Shown here piece after piece: positions 1 through 8,678 of a stretch of DNA of 64,000 nt. Below the pieces are notes generated by a model. That model saw only the letters and a program-made list of their open reading frames with translations, had not been told where the DNA came from and made no database searches. Source of the DNA: a virus (Duplodnaviria; Caudoviricetes); IMG/VR virus record IMGVR_UViG_3300021400_001692, positions 1 to 64,000 of that record. The stretch is one strand, 5' to 3'. A program made the translations under genes and the position numbers. Position 1 is the stretch's first letter. The number at the start of each line of letters is the position of its first letter.

Positions 1-10
1 GAGCTTAGCT

Positions 11-1801
11 ATGTCCCTTCAACTATGGCTGCCTTTGACTGGAAACTTGAATAATAATGGACTGGCTGACGCTACCATTACGAATTCAGGCGCTACAGTA
101 GACGCGATGGGCAAGATCGGGAGCTGCTACAGGTTTAATAAGAACGCTTATCTATCTGTAAATAAAGAAGTAGCTAGTACGAATATCTCAGGAGAGGGCT
201 CGTTCTGCCTGTGGCTAAAAATTAACTCGTTTAACACTAACTGGGATACCTATGTTCAAATAGGCTTGGGAACTTCTCCTTGGACAGCTTATATCATGGG
301 GCTGCTCAGGAGTGGTGCATCCAGCAATAAGTTAGCTTTTACTATATCCAATACATCTACCAGTTCGAGCGATAGCTATAAAACTCCTGACCTTACATTA
401 GGACAGTGGTATCATATTGCCTGTGTGTACCGCGAAGGGCATTGTCTGATTTACATAAATGGTTCACTGCACCATGACTACACAACTACAATAGTGCCCA
501 AGTTCTCGTCGGTAGCGTCGATTGTTCTTGGTGGATTATCAAGCACCTATAAGAGCGATTGTTACCTGAATGATTTTCGTTACTACGACCACGCCCTGTC
601 TACCAAGGAAGTCAAGGAAATATCCAAAGCTTTGATTCTGCACATGCCGTTGGATAATAATGGTATTGGGAACCCAAATCTTATCAATTCAAGTGTTGAT
701 ACCACTGGACGGACTATAACGGGTTGGGAAGCTAATCAAAATGTAACATTTTCAATTGTTGAGCAAGATGGTGTACAAAAGATTAAATGTAAAAGTGCAC
801 AATCAACAAGTACCCCAGGTATGAAGTGCAGGGTTACTGGTCTTACTGCGAATACTAGCTATACTATTTCGTGCCGTGTGCAGACATTTAGTCTGTCTTC
901 TGGGGTAAGTTTGCAAATCTGGAAGACTAGCAGCAGCGCGGCTATTAGTAGCATAGGGTATACACAGTATGCAAATGAAACAAAGATCTCGTTGACATTT
1001 AATACAGGTAGCGAAACTTCGATTTTAATTTACCTATTTATGTATGGTGTCACTACGGAGTCATATATTTTAGCCAGGAATTTTAAACTGGAACTTGGTA
1101 CAATAGCATCACAATATGTTCCAAATATAGAGTCAGACAATATTGTTTACGACACCTCCGGCTATTGCAACAACGGCACCTACAGTACTAATCGGCCAAC
1201 ACCGGACGCAGACTCGCCAAGGTACAGTTCAAGTATGCTGTTCAATGGGTCTAATAACTTCATTATATGTGGTAGGGGATCCTTTGTACGCGATGCCATA
1301 ACCGTAAACTTCTGGGCATACATGGCTAACTGGGGTTCATACACCAGGGCGGCTTCATGCACTGAGGGTGGTGGCTGGAATTTTGAGCCGGGCAGCGGCA
1401 GCAAGATGAACTTCGCCATGGGCACTGGTGTTTCTGGTTGTACATATAAAAGCGCATTGGCGGAGCAGACGTTTGCATCGCTGTCTGGCTGGGTAATGTT
1501 TACAGGCACTTATGATGGATTTGCTACAAAGATTTATATAAATGGCGTGTTGTCCAACACGAACAACGCCTATACTACGAAAACTCCAATATTTTATAAT
1601 GCCAATAATGGATTATTCATAGGAGCAGAAGCTGGTAGTAGCCCAACGGCGCCTGTTGGAAGTTATTTCAATGGCAAGATATCGGATTTCCGTATTTATG
1701 CTACGGCGCTGTCAGCTGACGACATAGCTGATTTGTATAACAAGCCGATTTCCATAGATAATACTGGCAAGGTATTCGCACTGGATTACACAGAGATGTA
1801 G
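11..1801 (+). CDS. Tail accessory protein with two LamG/concanavalin-A-like domains flanking a carbohydrate-binding-like module
   Basis: 596-aa ORF; N- and C-terminal blocks with LamG signatures (WYHIACVY...IYING...DFRYYDHALS; W..FTGTYDG..TKIYING...DFRIYATALS); begins a tail-fibre gene run. Confidence 0.75.
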   Translation: MSLQLWLPLTGNLNNNGLADATITNSGATVDAMGKIGSCYRFNKNAYLSVNKEVASTNISGEGSFCLWLKINSFNTNWDTYVQIGLGTSPWTAYIMGLLRSGASSNKLAFTISNTSTSSSDSYKTPDLTLGQWYHIACVYREGHCLIYINGSLHHDYTTTIVPKFSSVASIVLGGLSSTYKSDCYLNDFRYYDHALSTKEVKEISKALILHMPLDNNGIGNPNLINSSVDTTGRTITGWEANQNVTFSIVEQDGVQKIKCKSAQSTSTPGMKCRVTGLTANTSYTISCRVQTFSLSSGVSLQIWKTSSSAAISSIGYTQYANETKISLTFNTGSETSILIYLFMYGVTTESYILARNFKLELGTIASQYVPNIESDNIVYDTSGYCNNGTYSTNRPTPDADSPRYSSSMLFNGSNNFIICGRGSFVRDAITVNFWAYMANWGSYTRAASCTEGGGWNFEPGSGSKMNFAMGTGVSGCTYKSALAEQTFASLSGWVMFTGTYDGFATKIYINGVLSNTNNAYTTKTPIFYNANNGLFIGAEAGSSPTAPVGSYFNGKISDFRIYATALSADDIADLYNKPISIDNTGKVFALDYTEM

Positions 1802-1807
1802 GAGGGC

Positions 1808-2449
1808 ATGGGTGTGAGTTTTTACAAGACAGGCGTTGTTTCTGCCAACAGCGTATTAGATGCATTACGGTGCCCATTTGATAAGCAGGTGTACCTGGAA
1901 CCAGACGGAAGTGCCTGGATAAGGATTGTACATCATAATAACCCGGCTGCTGCTAGGTTTGCGAGCACCGATCCATTTGAAACGCTAGTATACAAGGACG
2001 TCGACCGCTGGTTTGCGGCTGCGTTGTGTAACTCAGTGACCAGATGGGAGTTGATGATCATCCAGGCAGTCAACTCCGGTGACACTGCGAGCAAATTCCG
2101 GTGGATCCAGACTGTAAATCCAATGGCGGCTGTATTTGCAGACGTTTCCGCTGCCAACGTCACGAAAATTACGACGACTGGCTATACGACTCCTAGTGCC
2201 AGCTATGGCGGCATATACAAGTTTAATACCAAAGACACGTTCTTTGTGTGCAACAATGGTTCTTCAGGCAACTGGTGGGGAGCATTTGGTAGCTGGACAG
2301 ACTACCAGGGCGGAATTCCTGGATATAATCAGGTAGTTGTCAAGAGTGGTTACATGGATCTGTATCTAAGGCTAGACGGCGTATCCGCTGTCGATAGGGC
2401 ATCGGTATACGAAGACAAAATAACCACTGATACACTTATAGAAGTTTAG
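1808..2449 (+). CDS. Tail accessory protein, possible fibrinogen-C-like lectin fold
   Basis: 213 aa, RBS GGAGG upstream; DGSAWIRI and GNWWGAFG motifs resemble fibrinogen-like domains of phage tail modules. Confidence 0.5.
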   Translation: MGVSFYKTGVVSANSVLDALRCPFDKQVYLEPDGSAWIRIVHHNNPAAARFASTDPFETLVYKDVDRWFAAALCNSVTRWELMIIQAVNSGDTASKFRWIQTVNPMAAVFADVSAANVTKITTTGYTTPSASYGGIYKFNTKDTFFVCNNGSSGNWWGAFGSWTDYQGGIPGYNQVVVKSGYMDLYLRLDGVSAVDRASVYEDKITTDTLIEV

Positions 2450-2472
2450 AATACGCACTGTAGGAGCACGTA

Positions 2473-3459
2473 ATGGCACACCTTGGAAATACTATCATAA
2501 ACGGCAACCTCAAAGTTCTGAACGGCATAGCTGGGAACGGCACGCTTGTTGATCTGAAGGACAATACACGCAGCATAGAGTACATAAAAGGCACTCAGAC
2601 AGCCGCCACAGGAAGCTGGACTGGTATAACTAAGGATACGGCTTTGTATGACGGCAAGACGATTCTGTACTTCCTGCCGTTCAATGGAAGCGGGAACGCA
2701 TCGCTTAACCTCACGCTTGCCGGTGGCACGACTACTGGTGCCATTGAAGTGTGGGTAACTGGAAACAGCAGGTGCACAACGCATTATGCCGCTAACTCCA
2801 CTATATTGCTCACCTACGTATCCTCTTTGAATCGGTGGACACGCGCTGATTACTGGGACGGCAATACTTATGACCGGCTTTTGGATACATGGAACAGGTT
2901 CCACGCGGCAGTAGCGATCTATCCATACAAAATTATAATGCTTGGCGCCGATGGGCAGGCGTATCCATTAAGCCCTACAAATTCTACAGGGTCAAGCAAG
3001 GCTGTTACCACAACTGGAATGTACCCTGATATGGCGTGGTACTGGTACAGCAGTGGTACTTGCGCCGCAGGTTCCAGGTTGACATCCCTATACCGCACAT
3101 TTCCATTTTCGACTCCCACGTATTGCTTCAACGCTGGTATCCCCCAGTTTAACTACGTATTTCTTTGCGGCGACTACGACAAGTCAACAAACTTGTTTTA
3201 CTTGGCTACAACCAACGGGGCAAACAACAGCACAGGTACCGCAAGTGTTACTAATTATTATACTTTTGTTCCTAAGGGGGCAACACTGTCCAGTTACTTC
3301 ATTGCCGGCAGGTATTACAAGTTGATTGGATGGCCAGGTGATACTGCAAATTATATGCAGTTCGATGGGACTCAGCCCCTCCAATATTTTACCGGGACCA
3401 GCTTAATTCCGGTTTCGAACATGGCTATCCCTGATTCCACGATAAACGCGCTTTCCTAA
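2473..3459 (+). CDS. Tail fibre-associated protein
   Basis: 328 aa, RBS GGAG, Thr/Gly/Tyr-rich beta-type sequence, N-terminal MAHLGNTIINGNLKV typical of phage tail accessory proteins; context. Confidence 0.55.
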   Translation: MAHLGNTIINGNLKVLNGIAGNGTLVDLKDNTRSIEYIKGTQTAATGSWTGITKDTALYDGKTILYFLPFNGSGNASLNLTLAGGTTTGAIEVWVTGNSRCTTHYAANSTILLTYVSSLNRWTRADYWDGNTYDRLLDTWNRFHAAVAIYPYKIIMLGADGQAYPLSPTNSTGSSKAVTTTGMYPDMAWYWYSSGTCAAGSRLTSLYRTFPFSTPTYCFNAGIPQFNYVFLCGDYDKSTNLFYLATTNGANNSTGTASVTNYYTFVPKGATLSSYFIAGRYYKLIGWPGDTANYMQFDGTQPLQYFTGTSLIPVSNMAIPDSTINALS

Positions 3460-3469
3460 GGAGTAACCA

Positions 3470-5833
3470 ATGGCATTTCTCGACGAAGCAGGTTTGCAGA
3501 CACTGTGGGCTAAAATAAAGGATAAGTTTTCCCTTAAAACGCATACCCACACTGCAGCGGAGGTTGGTGCGCTTGCATCCGATGGTACGGCTGTAAACGC
3601 TAGCGCCCTTGGCGGCGTAGCTGCCAGCAGCTACGCGCTTAAGTCGGAAATACCAGACGGCGCGGTGGTTGATTCCGAGCTGAACAGCAGCAGCACCAAT
3701 CCTGTACAGAATCAGGCTATTAACTCTGCATTAGCTGGTAAAGCAGACAGTTCTCATTCCCATACATATTCCAGCCTTACTGGCAGACCCAGCTCATTAG
3801 CTGGATATGGGATAACAGATGCTAAAATAAGTGGTGGAGTGGTTACGCTTGGCGGGAGCAGCATTACGCCGCTGGTCGCGTCTGATCTTACAGGATATGC
3901 CACTACTACTTATGTATCTGGAGCTACAGTAGCTAGTGCTGGAAATGCTACTTATGTAAATGGGAAAACAGTATCTGCCAATGTTCCTGCTGATGCTAAG
4001 TTTACTGATAGTAGTACACTTGTAATATCTAATTCAAGTGGAACTCAAGCTTATTTACTAGGCACAATGTTTGGTGGATTTAGTAGTGGTATAGTTGGTG
4101 GTTTGGCATATAAAAGTACTATTTATACTTCAGGAGATGCTATATATGCCACAACATTTAGTGGACTTGCAACACAAGCTGCTTCCTGCACAGGCAATGC
4201 AGCTACAGCTACTTCAGCTACTTATGCAGAAACAGCAAGTTCTTGTACAGGCAACGCCGCTACTGCAACCAGTGCCACTAATGCAGGAACAGCAACCAAA
4301 TTAGGAACAGCTACCATAGGCGGAGCAAATAATCCTGTTTACATTTCTGGTGGAAAGGCAACAGCAGGTAATACGTTTGTTCCTAATAGTGGGGGTACGT
4401 TTAGTGGTGATCTTCATGTAACCAGTAAATTTTTTGTTGATGCTGGCTACATATATGGCTCTGATCCATCATTTAGCAAAGGAACAACACCATCAGGTAG
4501 TGAAAACTACATATTTCAATTACTAGCAACTGATGCTGCTGGTGACTCTGCTAAGTATCGTTTAGGGGCATATCAAGTATATGTAACTACTGCTGGTACT
4601 GTCTGTAATGAAATAAGTACATACCCAAATATATCTGGAAATAGCAATACAGGAGCTAGACTTAGTGTATGGCAACCTCTTTCAGGATCGGGTTCTGTCA
4701 CAATAGCAAGTGCGCGGCCACCAGAAGATGACGATTCATCAAAAGTACCTGATACACATTGGGTTCGTAGAACAACAGTAGCTAGTGCTGGTAGTGCAGG
4801 CACTATTACTTCCACATTGCCAATAAGCAAAGGTGGCACTGGACGGACAGAATTCACAAATACCAATGGAGTATTAACCGTTGCTGCTGCAACTTCACTT
4901 GGTGCTATAGCTACTGCAAATGGTGCTTTTTATGCAACATCAGCTAATGGTGTAGCTAAATTTGGAACATTGCCTGTTGCACAGGGAGGAACTGGTGCCA
5001 CAACATTGGCAAGTGCTGGCATTATTACATCTGGTGGAGCGCAGACCATTACAGGTGAAAAGACATATGCTGCTGGCGAATTAAATTTCACAGCCACATC
5101 AGCTTATCTTGTAAAAACTCTTTCTGTAGCAAGCAACGCTTTTCCAACAGGTGCTAATTATTTAGCTACTAGAGTAATGTGTTCAGGTGGCACCACAACT
5201 ATGGCTGGCGTGTCACAATGGTGGACTTCAGATAATACAGGTATTTCCCTTTCTGTTTTCAATCCTCGAAATAAAACGCAATACACTGTCAGCCTTCGTC
5301 AGCATAGCAATGCATCATGCTACTTTGAACCAACTACAGCAGGCATTCTTCTTGGTCGTAACGCTGATGGATATAAATGGCAGCAGCTCGTAGCCAGCAC
5401 AACGACAATCGCAACGTCAGATGAACGGTATAAATCCAATATCAAGGCTATCCCTGACACTATTCTTGATGCCTGGGGTGGCGTGCAATGGAGGCAGTAC
5501 CAGTTTAATGACGCCATCAAGGAAAAAGGTGAAAGCAAGGCAAGATTGCATACTGGCGTCATCGCCCAGCATGTAAGCGGAGCCTTTGCTGAGAAAGGCA
5601 TAGATATTACGCGCTATGGCTTATTCTGCCATGATGAATGGCCTGCTGAACCAGAAGAAAAAGATGATCTTGGCAATGTCGTAGCGCCAGCCCATGAAGC
5701 ATCTGATGACTTTGCCATCAGGTACGAGGAAGCCCTTTGCATGGAAGCTGCTTACCAACGCAGAAGGGCGGACCGCATAGAATCAGAGCTTGAAGCAATG
5801 AAGCAGCGTCTTGCAGCATTGGAGTCCGCATGA
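3470..5833 (+). CDS. Tail fibre 1 with C-terminal intramolecular chaperone (peptidase S74-like)
   Basis: 787 aa; GNAATAT and LPISKGGTG fibre repeats; TSDERYK autocleavage-type motif followed by chaperone ending YEEALCMEAAYQRRRADR and coiled coil. Confidence 0.85.
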   Translation: MAFLDEAGLQTLWAKIKDKFSLKTHTHTAAEVGALASDGTAVNASALGGVAASSYALKSEIPDGAVVDSELNSSSTNPVQNQAINSALAGKADSSHSHTYSSLTGRPSSLAGYGITDAKISGGVVTLGGSSITPLVASDLTGYATTTYVSGATVASAGNATYVNGKTVSANVPADAKFTDSSTLVISNSSGTQAYLLGTMFGGFSSGIVGGLAYKSTIYTSGDAIYATTFSGLATQAASCTGNAATATSATYAETASSCTGNAATATSATNAGTATKLGTATIGGANNPVYISGGKATAGNTFVPNSGGTFSGDLHVTSKFFVDAGYIYGSDPSFSKGTTPSGSENYIFQLLATDAAGDSAKYRLGAYQVYVTTAGTVCNEISTYPNISGNSNTGARLSVWQPLSGSGSVTIASARPPEDDDSSKVPDTHWVRRTTVASAGSAGTITSTLPISKGGTGRTEFTNTNGVLTVAAATSLGAIATANGAFYATSANGVAKFGTLPVAQGGTGATTLASAGIITSGGAQTITGEKTYAAGELNFTATSAYLVKTLSVASNAFPTGANYLATRVMCSGGTTTMAGVSQWWTSDNTGISLSVFNPRNKTQYTVSLRQHSNASCYFEPTTAGILLGRNADGYKWQQLVASTTTIATSDERYKSNIKAIPDTILDAWGGVQWRQYQFNDAIKEKGESKARLHTGVIAQHVSGAFAEKGIDITRYGLFCHDEWPAEPEEKDDLGNVVAPAHEASDDFAIRYEEALCMEAAYQRRRADRIESELEAMKQRLAALESA

Positions 5834-6333
5834 CCACCACCTACTACGAAGCAGCGAGCGCATGGCTTGCATCAATGGCTGATAACTGGAGCCTGAAGCT
5901 CGTCATAGGCACGGCGACTGCTTTCCTTGCCGACGTATTCGGCGAGGACTTGTGGCTCATCACGGTGCTGTTCTGCCTGATAGCTGCGGACTTTACGCTT
6001 GGCATGCTGTCGGCACTGAAGCGCACGGGCGGGCTGGACGGCAGGCGCTTGCACGGCGGCATGGTGAAGTTCATTGCCTACGCCGCTGCGATAATCCTGG
6101 TATGGCTCGTGCAGGAGATCTGCATCAGGTCGATACACATAGAGCTGCCCATACTTGCGGTGTTCGCTGCGTATCAGAGCCTCACTGAGCTGAGCAGCGT
6201 CACCCGCCACCTGGAGCGCCTCGGCCTGAAGATGCCGGCTTTGCTGCACCGCATAACATCTGGCGGGGCTAAAAAGATGGATGAGAAGATTGATGAGGTG
6301 CTTGGGGTTGACGAGCACGTTGAGAATAGCTAA
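5830..6333 (+). CDS. Holin (toxin secretion/phage lysis holin-like)
   Basis: 167 aa with about 3 hydrophobic segments; family-like motifs ADFTLGMLSALK, GMVKF, TELSSVTRHLERLGLKMP. Confidence 0.75.
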   Translation: MTTTYYEAASAWLASMADNWSLKLVIGTATAFLADVFGEDLWLITVLFCLIAADFTLGMLSALKRTGGLDGRRLHGGMVKFIAYAAAIILVWLVQEICIRSIHIELPILAVFAAYQSLTELSSVTRHLERLGLKMPALLHRITSGGAKKMDEKIDEVLGVDEHVENS

Positions 6334-6364
6334 AAAGGAAACGGGGCGATTGCTCGCCCCGGTT
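6331..6364 (-). terminator. Intrinsic terminator of cassette A
   Basis: CGGGGCGA/TCGCCCCG stem with GCAA loop on minus strand followed by TTTCCTTTTT. Confidence 0.75.
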
Positions 6365-6423
6365 GAGGGTTTTTTATTTAGCCGCCGTGGTACCGGCGGC
6401 GCCTTTTACGGCCGCAGGGTAGC

Positions 6424-6654
6424 TTACACTACCCTGCGGTTTCTTGTTTGCCTGGCGTCCCATTTCGCCAGGACAAGAAGTGCAAACGCACCTCCGGTCA
6501 CGAGCGAGATGAGCCCTCCCGCCAGGCAAGCCCACATCGCGTGTGGGTACATGGCGGGAGTTTCGGCGAGACCTGCGTAGAAGCCTGTTGCCAGGCTCAG
6601 CAGGTCGCCGCCAACGCCCAGGCAAAGCAGACATAGCAGTGCGTATTTCAGCAT
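6424..6654 (-). CDS. Small two-TM membrane protein (cassette A cargo)
   Basis: 76 aa, RBS GAGGAG, two hydrophobic stretches and basic C-terminus; own promoter and terminator. Confidence 0.7.
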   Translation of the reverse strand: MLKYALLCLLCLGVGGDLLSLATGFYAGLAETPAMYPHAMWACLAGGLISLVTGGAFALLVLAKWDARQTRNRRVV

Positions 6655-6727
6655 GCTTGTCTCCTCTGCTGAGGTTACCGGACAGCCTCCGGCTGGCGGC
6701 CTCGGAACCTATTTCCTCAGCCATATT

Positions 6728-6735
6728 CTTATACC
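6728..6735 (-). promoter_or_regulatory. Putative early promoter -10 (GGTATAAG), cassette A
   Basis: Same octamer upstream of five minus-strand genes (one-base variant at the sixth), AT-rich upstream. Confidence 0.7.
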
Positions 6736-6776
6736 GTTTTCATTTTTCAGTTTTATAAATAACAGTGCGGAATAGC

Positions 6777-6830
6777 TAAAAAGAAACCCCGGAGGCTGGT
6801 GCGCTGTGCGCTTCCTCCGGGGGATTTTTG
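6777..6830. terminator. Bidirectional intrinsic terminator (cassette B)
   Basis: CCCCGGAGG/CCTCCGGGG stem with A-tract before and T-tract after. Confidence 0.75.
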
Positions 6831-7307
6831 TTATTCCATCATGGCCTCAATAGCCCTGTGGGCCATCTTGGCCGCAGGCATGAACCCGTCTGCCAGTGCC
6901 TTAGACTCAAGTACCATGGAGAACGAGTCGTCTCCGTTCATCCTTTCAAGCAGTGGGATGAGCTGCCTTTCGGCGTATCCCTCGTCATACCAGGGGCAGT
7001 TGCAAACTGCCGCCCAGACGTCGCGGATATCGCCATCACCGATGGTAACGGCCCCAACGGAAAAACCATCGGGAAGCGTTATCCCGCTGGTGTCACCAAC
7101 GATGATGGGAGCCTCCACAGCCTGTTGCCAGGCTGTGGAGATTATCACGTTTCCGATCCAGCCGCTGCCGATCAGCATTCCCGCTGTCAACACCTGCCAG
7201 GCTTTGGCGTGGCCGTTCGAAGGGGGGACGACGAGAACGAAGTCTTCCCTGCCGAGGTGGCCGAGAGCGTGCCTAATTTCAAGACCTTTAAGGGTTAAGT
7301 TTTCCAT
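6831..7307 (-). CDS. Hypothetical protein (cassette B cargo)
   Basis: 158 aa, perfect RBS TAAGGAGG, own promoter and terminator. Confidence 0.85.
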   Translation of the reverse strand: MENLTLKGLEIRHALGHLGREDFVLVVPPSNGHAKAWQVLTAGMLIGSGWIGNVIISTAWQQAVEAPIIVGDTSGITLPDGFSVGAVTIGDGDIRDVWAAVCNCPWYDEGYAERQLIPLLERMNGDDSFSMVLESKALADGFMPAAKMAHRAIEAMME

Positions 7308-7381
7308 GAATGCCTCCTTACCGTCTTGTTTTGCACAGACAACCCTGTGTCGGCGACCGTGTACAGTTCCACAGTCATATT

Positions 7382-7389
7382 CTTATACC
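7382..7389 (-). promoter_or_regulatory. Putative early promoter -10 (GGTATAAG), cassette B
   Basis: Conserved octamer; downstream AATATGACTGTGGAA nearly identical to cassette A. Confidence 0.7.
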
Positions 7390-7417
7390 AGTTTCCATAT
7401 CTCAATTTCTAATAAGC

Positions 7418-7466
7418 TAAACAAAAACGCGGCGGGTTGTTGACTTGTATGTCCGCCGCGTTTTTT
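7418..7466. terminator. Bidirectional intrinsic terminator (cassette C)
   Basis: AAAAACGCGGCGG/CCGCCGCGTTTTT stem. Confidence 0.75.
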
Positions 7467-7470
7467 CGCC

Positions 7471-7773
7471 TTAGAAGTCCACGGAGCGGGCCTTCGCCCG
7501 TTCCTCGTAGCTTCCCCTGAAGCAGGGGACACCTGCCCAAAGGCAAGTGTGCCCTGCCGGAACATATACGTCGTATTCCTGGGGCCACCCAGGAAATTCG
7601 ACGTATATGTTCCCGCCAGTGGCTGGCACAAGCAGGGAGCCGTTGAACTTCTCGGCTACCAGGAGCGCTGCCCCGACAGGGCCTCGCTCCTCGTACTCCT
7701 TACGGAGCTCTGCGCGGTGCTCCCGCGCCCACTCCAAGATTTCCGCCTGTTCGGCGGTGATGGGCAGTATCAT
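7471..7773 (-). CDS. Hypothetical protein (cassette C cargo)
   Basis: 100 aa, RBS AAGGAGGT, own promoter and terminator. Confidence 0.8.
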   Translation of the reverse strand: MILPITAEQAEILEWAREHRAELRKEYEERGPVGAALLVAEKFNGSLLVPATGGNIYVEFPGWPQEYDVYVPAGHTCLWAGVPCFRGSYEERAKARSVDF

Positions 7774-7826
7774 GGATACCTCCTTGCCCGTTTGAGCTTG
7801 GGGACCTATTCCCCGTTGCTCAAATT

Positions 7827-7834
7827 CTTATACC
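7827..7834 (-). promoter_or_regulatory. Putative early promoter -10 (GGTATAAG), cassette C
   Basis: Conserved octamer followed by TTTGAGC...GCTCAAA leader hairpin. Confidence 0.7.
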
Positions 7835-7876
7835 TCTCTCTCTTCCCAGGTTTTTAATCACTGCATACTAATCAGG

Positions 7877-7893
7877 CAGGCCTGCAATATTTA
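7877..7893 (+). promoter_or_regulatory. Putative late promoter (CAGGCCTGCAATATTTA)
   Basis: Motif recurs upstream of + strand operons. Confidence 0.6.
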
Positions 7894-7895
7894 GT

Positions 7896-8285
7896 ATGTC
7901 ATTAAGCAGGGTCTACATAGCTGGAGCGCTGGTGCTCGCCGTTGCCGCAGCGCTGGCATGGCATACGTGGGTGGTTGACAAGCTGCAGAAGGCGCTCGCC
8001 GCTGAAACGCTGCGCGCCGTCACTGCCGAGGCCTCCCTTGCCGAAGCGCTGAGCGCCAAGGAAAGACTCGAGGCGACCGTTGCCAGCCTCGAGCAGTCCG
8101 TGAAGGAAGCCCAGCAGAAGCGCAAGGTAATCTATAAGGAAGTGCAGAAAGAGGTTGCGAAGGATGAAGCTTCCCGCAATTGGTACGATGCTCCTTTGCC
8201 TGACGGCATTCGCAGGGTGCTCAAAAGCGCCGCCGCAGGTGCGGGAAATAGCGGTGCCAAGGCAGGTGACGTCGCAGGTAAGTGA
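7896..8285 (+). CDS. Inner-membrane spanin (Rz-like)
   Basis: 129 aa, N-terminal TM then coiled coil; overlapped by a lipoprotein gene in another frame. Confidence 0.8.
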   Translation: MSLSRVYIAGALVLAVAAALAWHTWVVDKLQKALAAETLRAVTAEASLAEALSAKERLEATVASLEQSVKEAQQKRKVIYKEVQKEVAKDEASRNWYDAPLPDGIRRVLKSAAAGAGNSGAKAGDVAGK

Positions 8286-8412
8286 GCCTGACGTTTCCCA
8301 GGCAGGCACCAACGGAGAGCTGCTGGAACTCCTCTTCGACTACCGCATGGCGCTGCACATGTGCAACGGAAAATTAGAGGCCATCGAAAAGGCCTATGGA
8401 GATAAGGAATGA
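8164..8412 (+). CDS. Outer-membrane spanin lipoprotein (Rz1-like)
   Basis: MKLPAIGTMLLCLTAFAG-C signal peptide with lipobox; overlaps Rz-like gene; start chosen at ATG 8164. Confidence 0.8.
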   Translation: MKLPAIGTMLLCLTAFAGCSKAPPQVREIAVPRQVTSQVSEPDVSQAGTNGELLELLFDYRMALHMCNGKLEAIEKAYGDKE

Positions 8413-8678
8413 TACACGCATTGATCGCCGCGGCGATTGCCGTCGTCCTTGGTTTTTTCAGCTGCTGGCTTGCTTTGCTGCCGGGAGTGTTCTTCTTTGG
8501 CCGTGAAGTCGGCCAGGCTGAGCGACGCTACCTTCTCAATCACGACAACAGTTATCACAAGAGTCCCTGGTACTGCGGGTTCCTGCCAGAGTCGTGGAAC
8601 AGGAAGAGCCTGTTGGACTTTGCGCTGCCGCTGCTTGTAAGCATCATCATTGGAGGCCTGTACTATGCGTTCCATTGA
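8409..8678 (+). CDS. Small phage membrane protein
   Basis: 89 aa, hydrophobic ends, FFFGREVGQAE motif; translationally coupled within the lysis module. Confidence 0.7.
   Translation: MIHALIAAAIAVVLGFFSCWLALLPGVFFFGREVGQAERRYLLNHDNSYHKSPWYCGFLPESWNRKSLLDFALPLLVSIIIGGLYYAFH

Noticed and set aside
1799-1810. In-frame TAG between ORFs 11 and 1808, hinting at stop-codon recoding or read-through
   Set aside because: A GGAGG RBS sits right before ATG 1808, and genes throughout the window are intact in the standard code, with TAG, TGA and TAA all used as stops
6374-6724. 116-aa minus-strand ORF starting immediately after the cassette A promoter
   Set aside because: The ATG overlaps the expected +1 position, the peptide is low-information, and a better RBS-bearing gene (6424-6654) occupies the region
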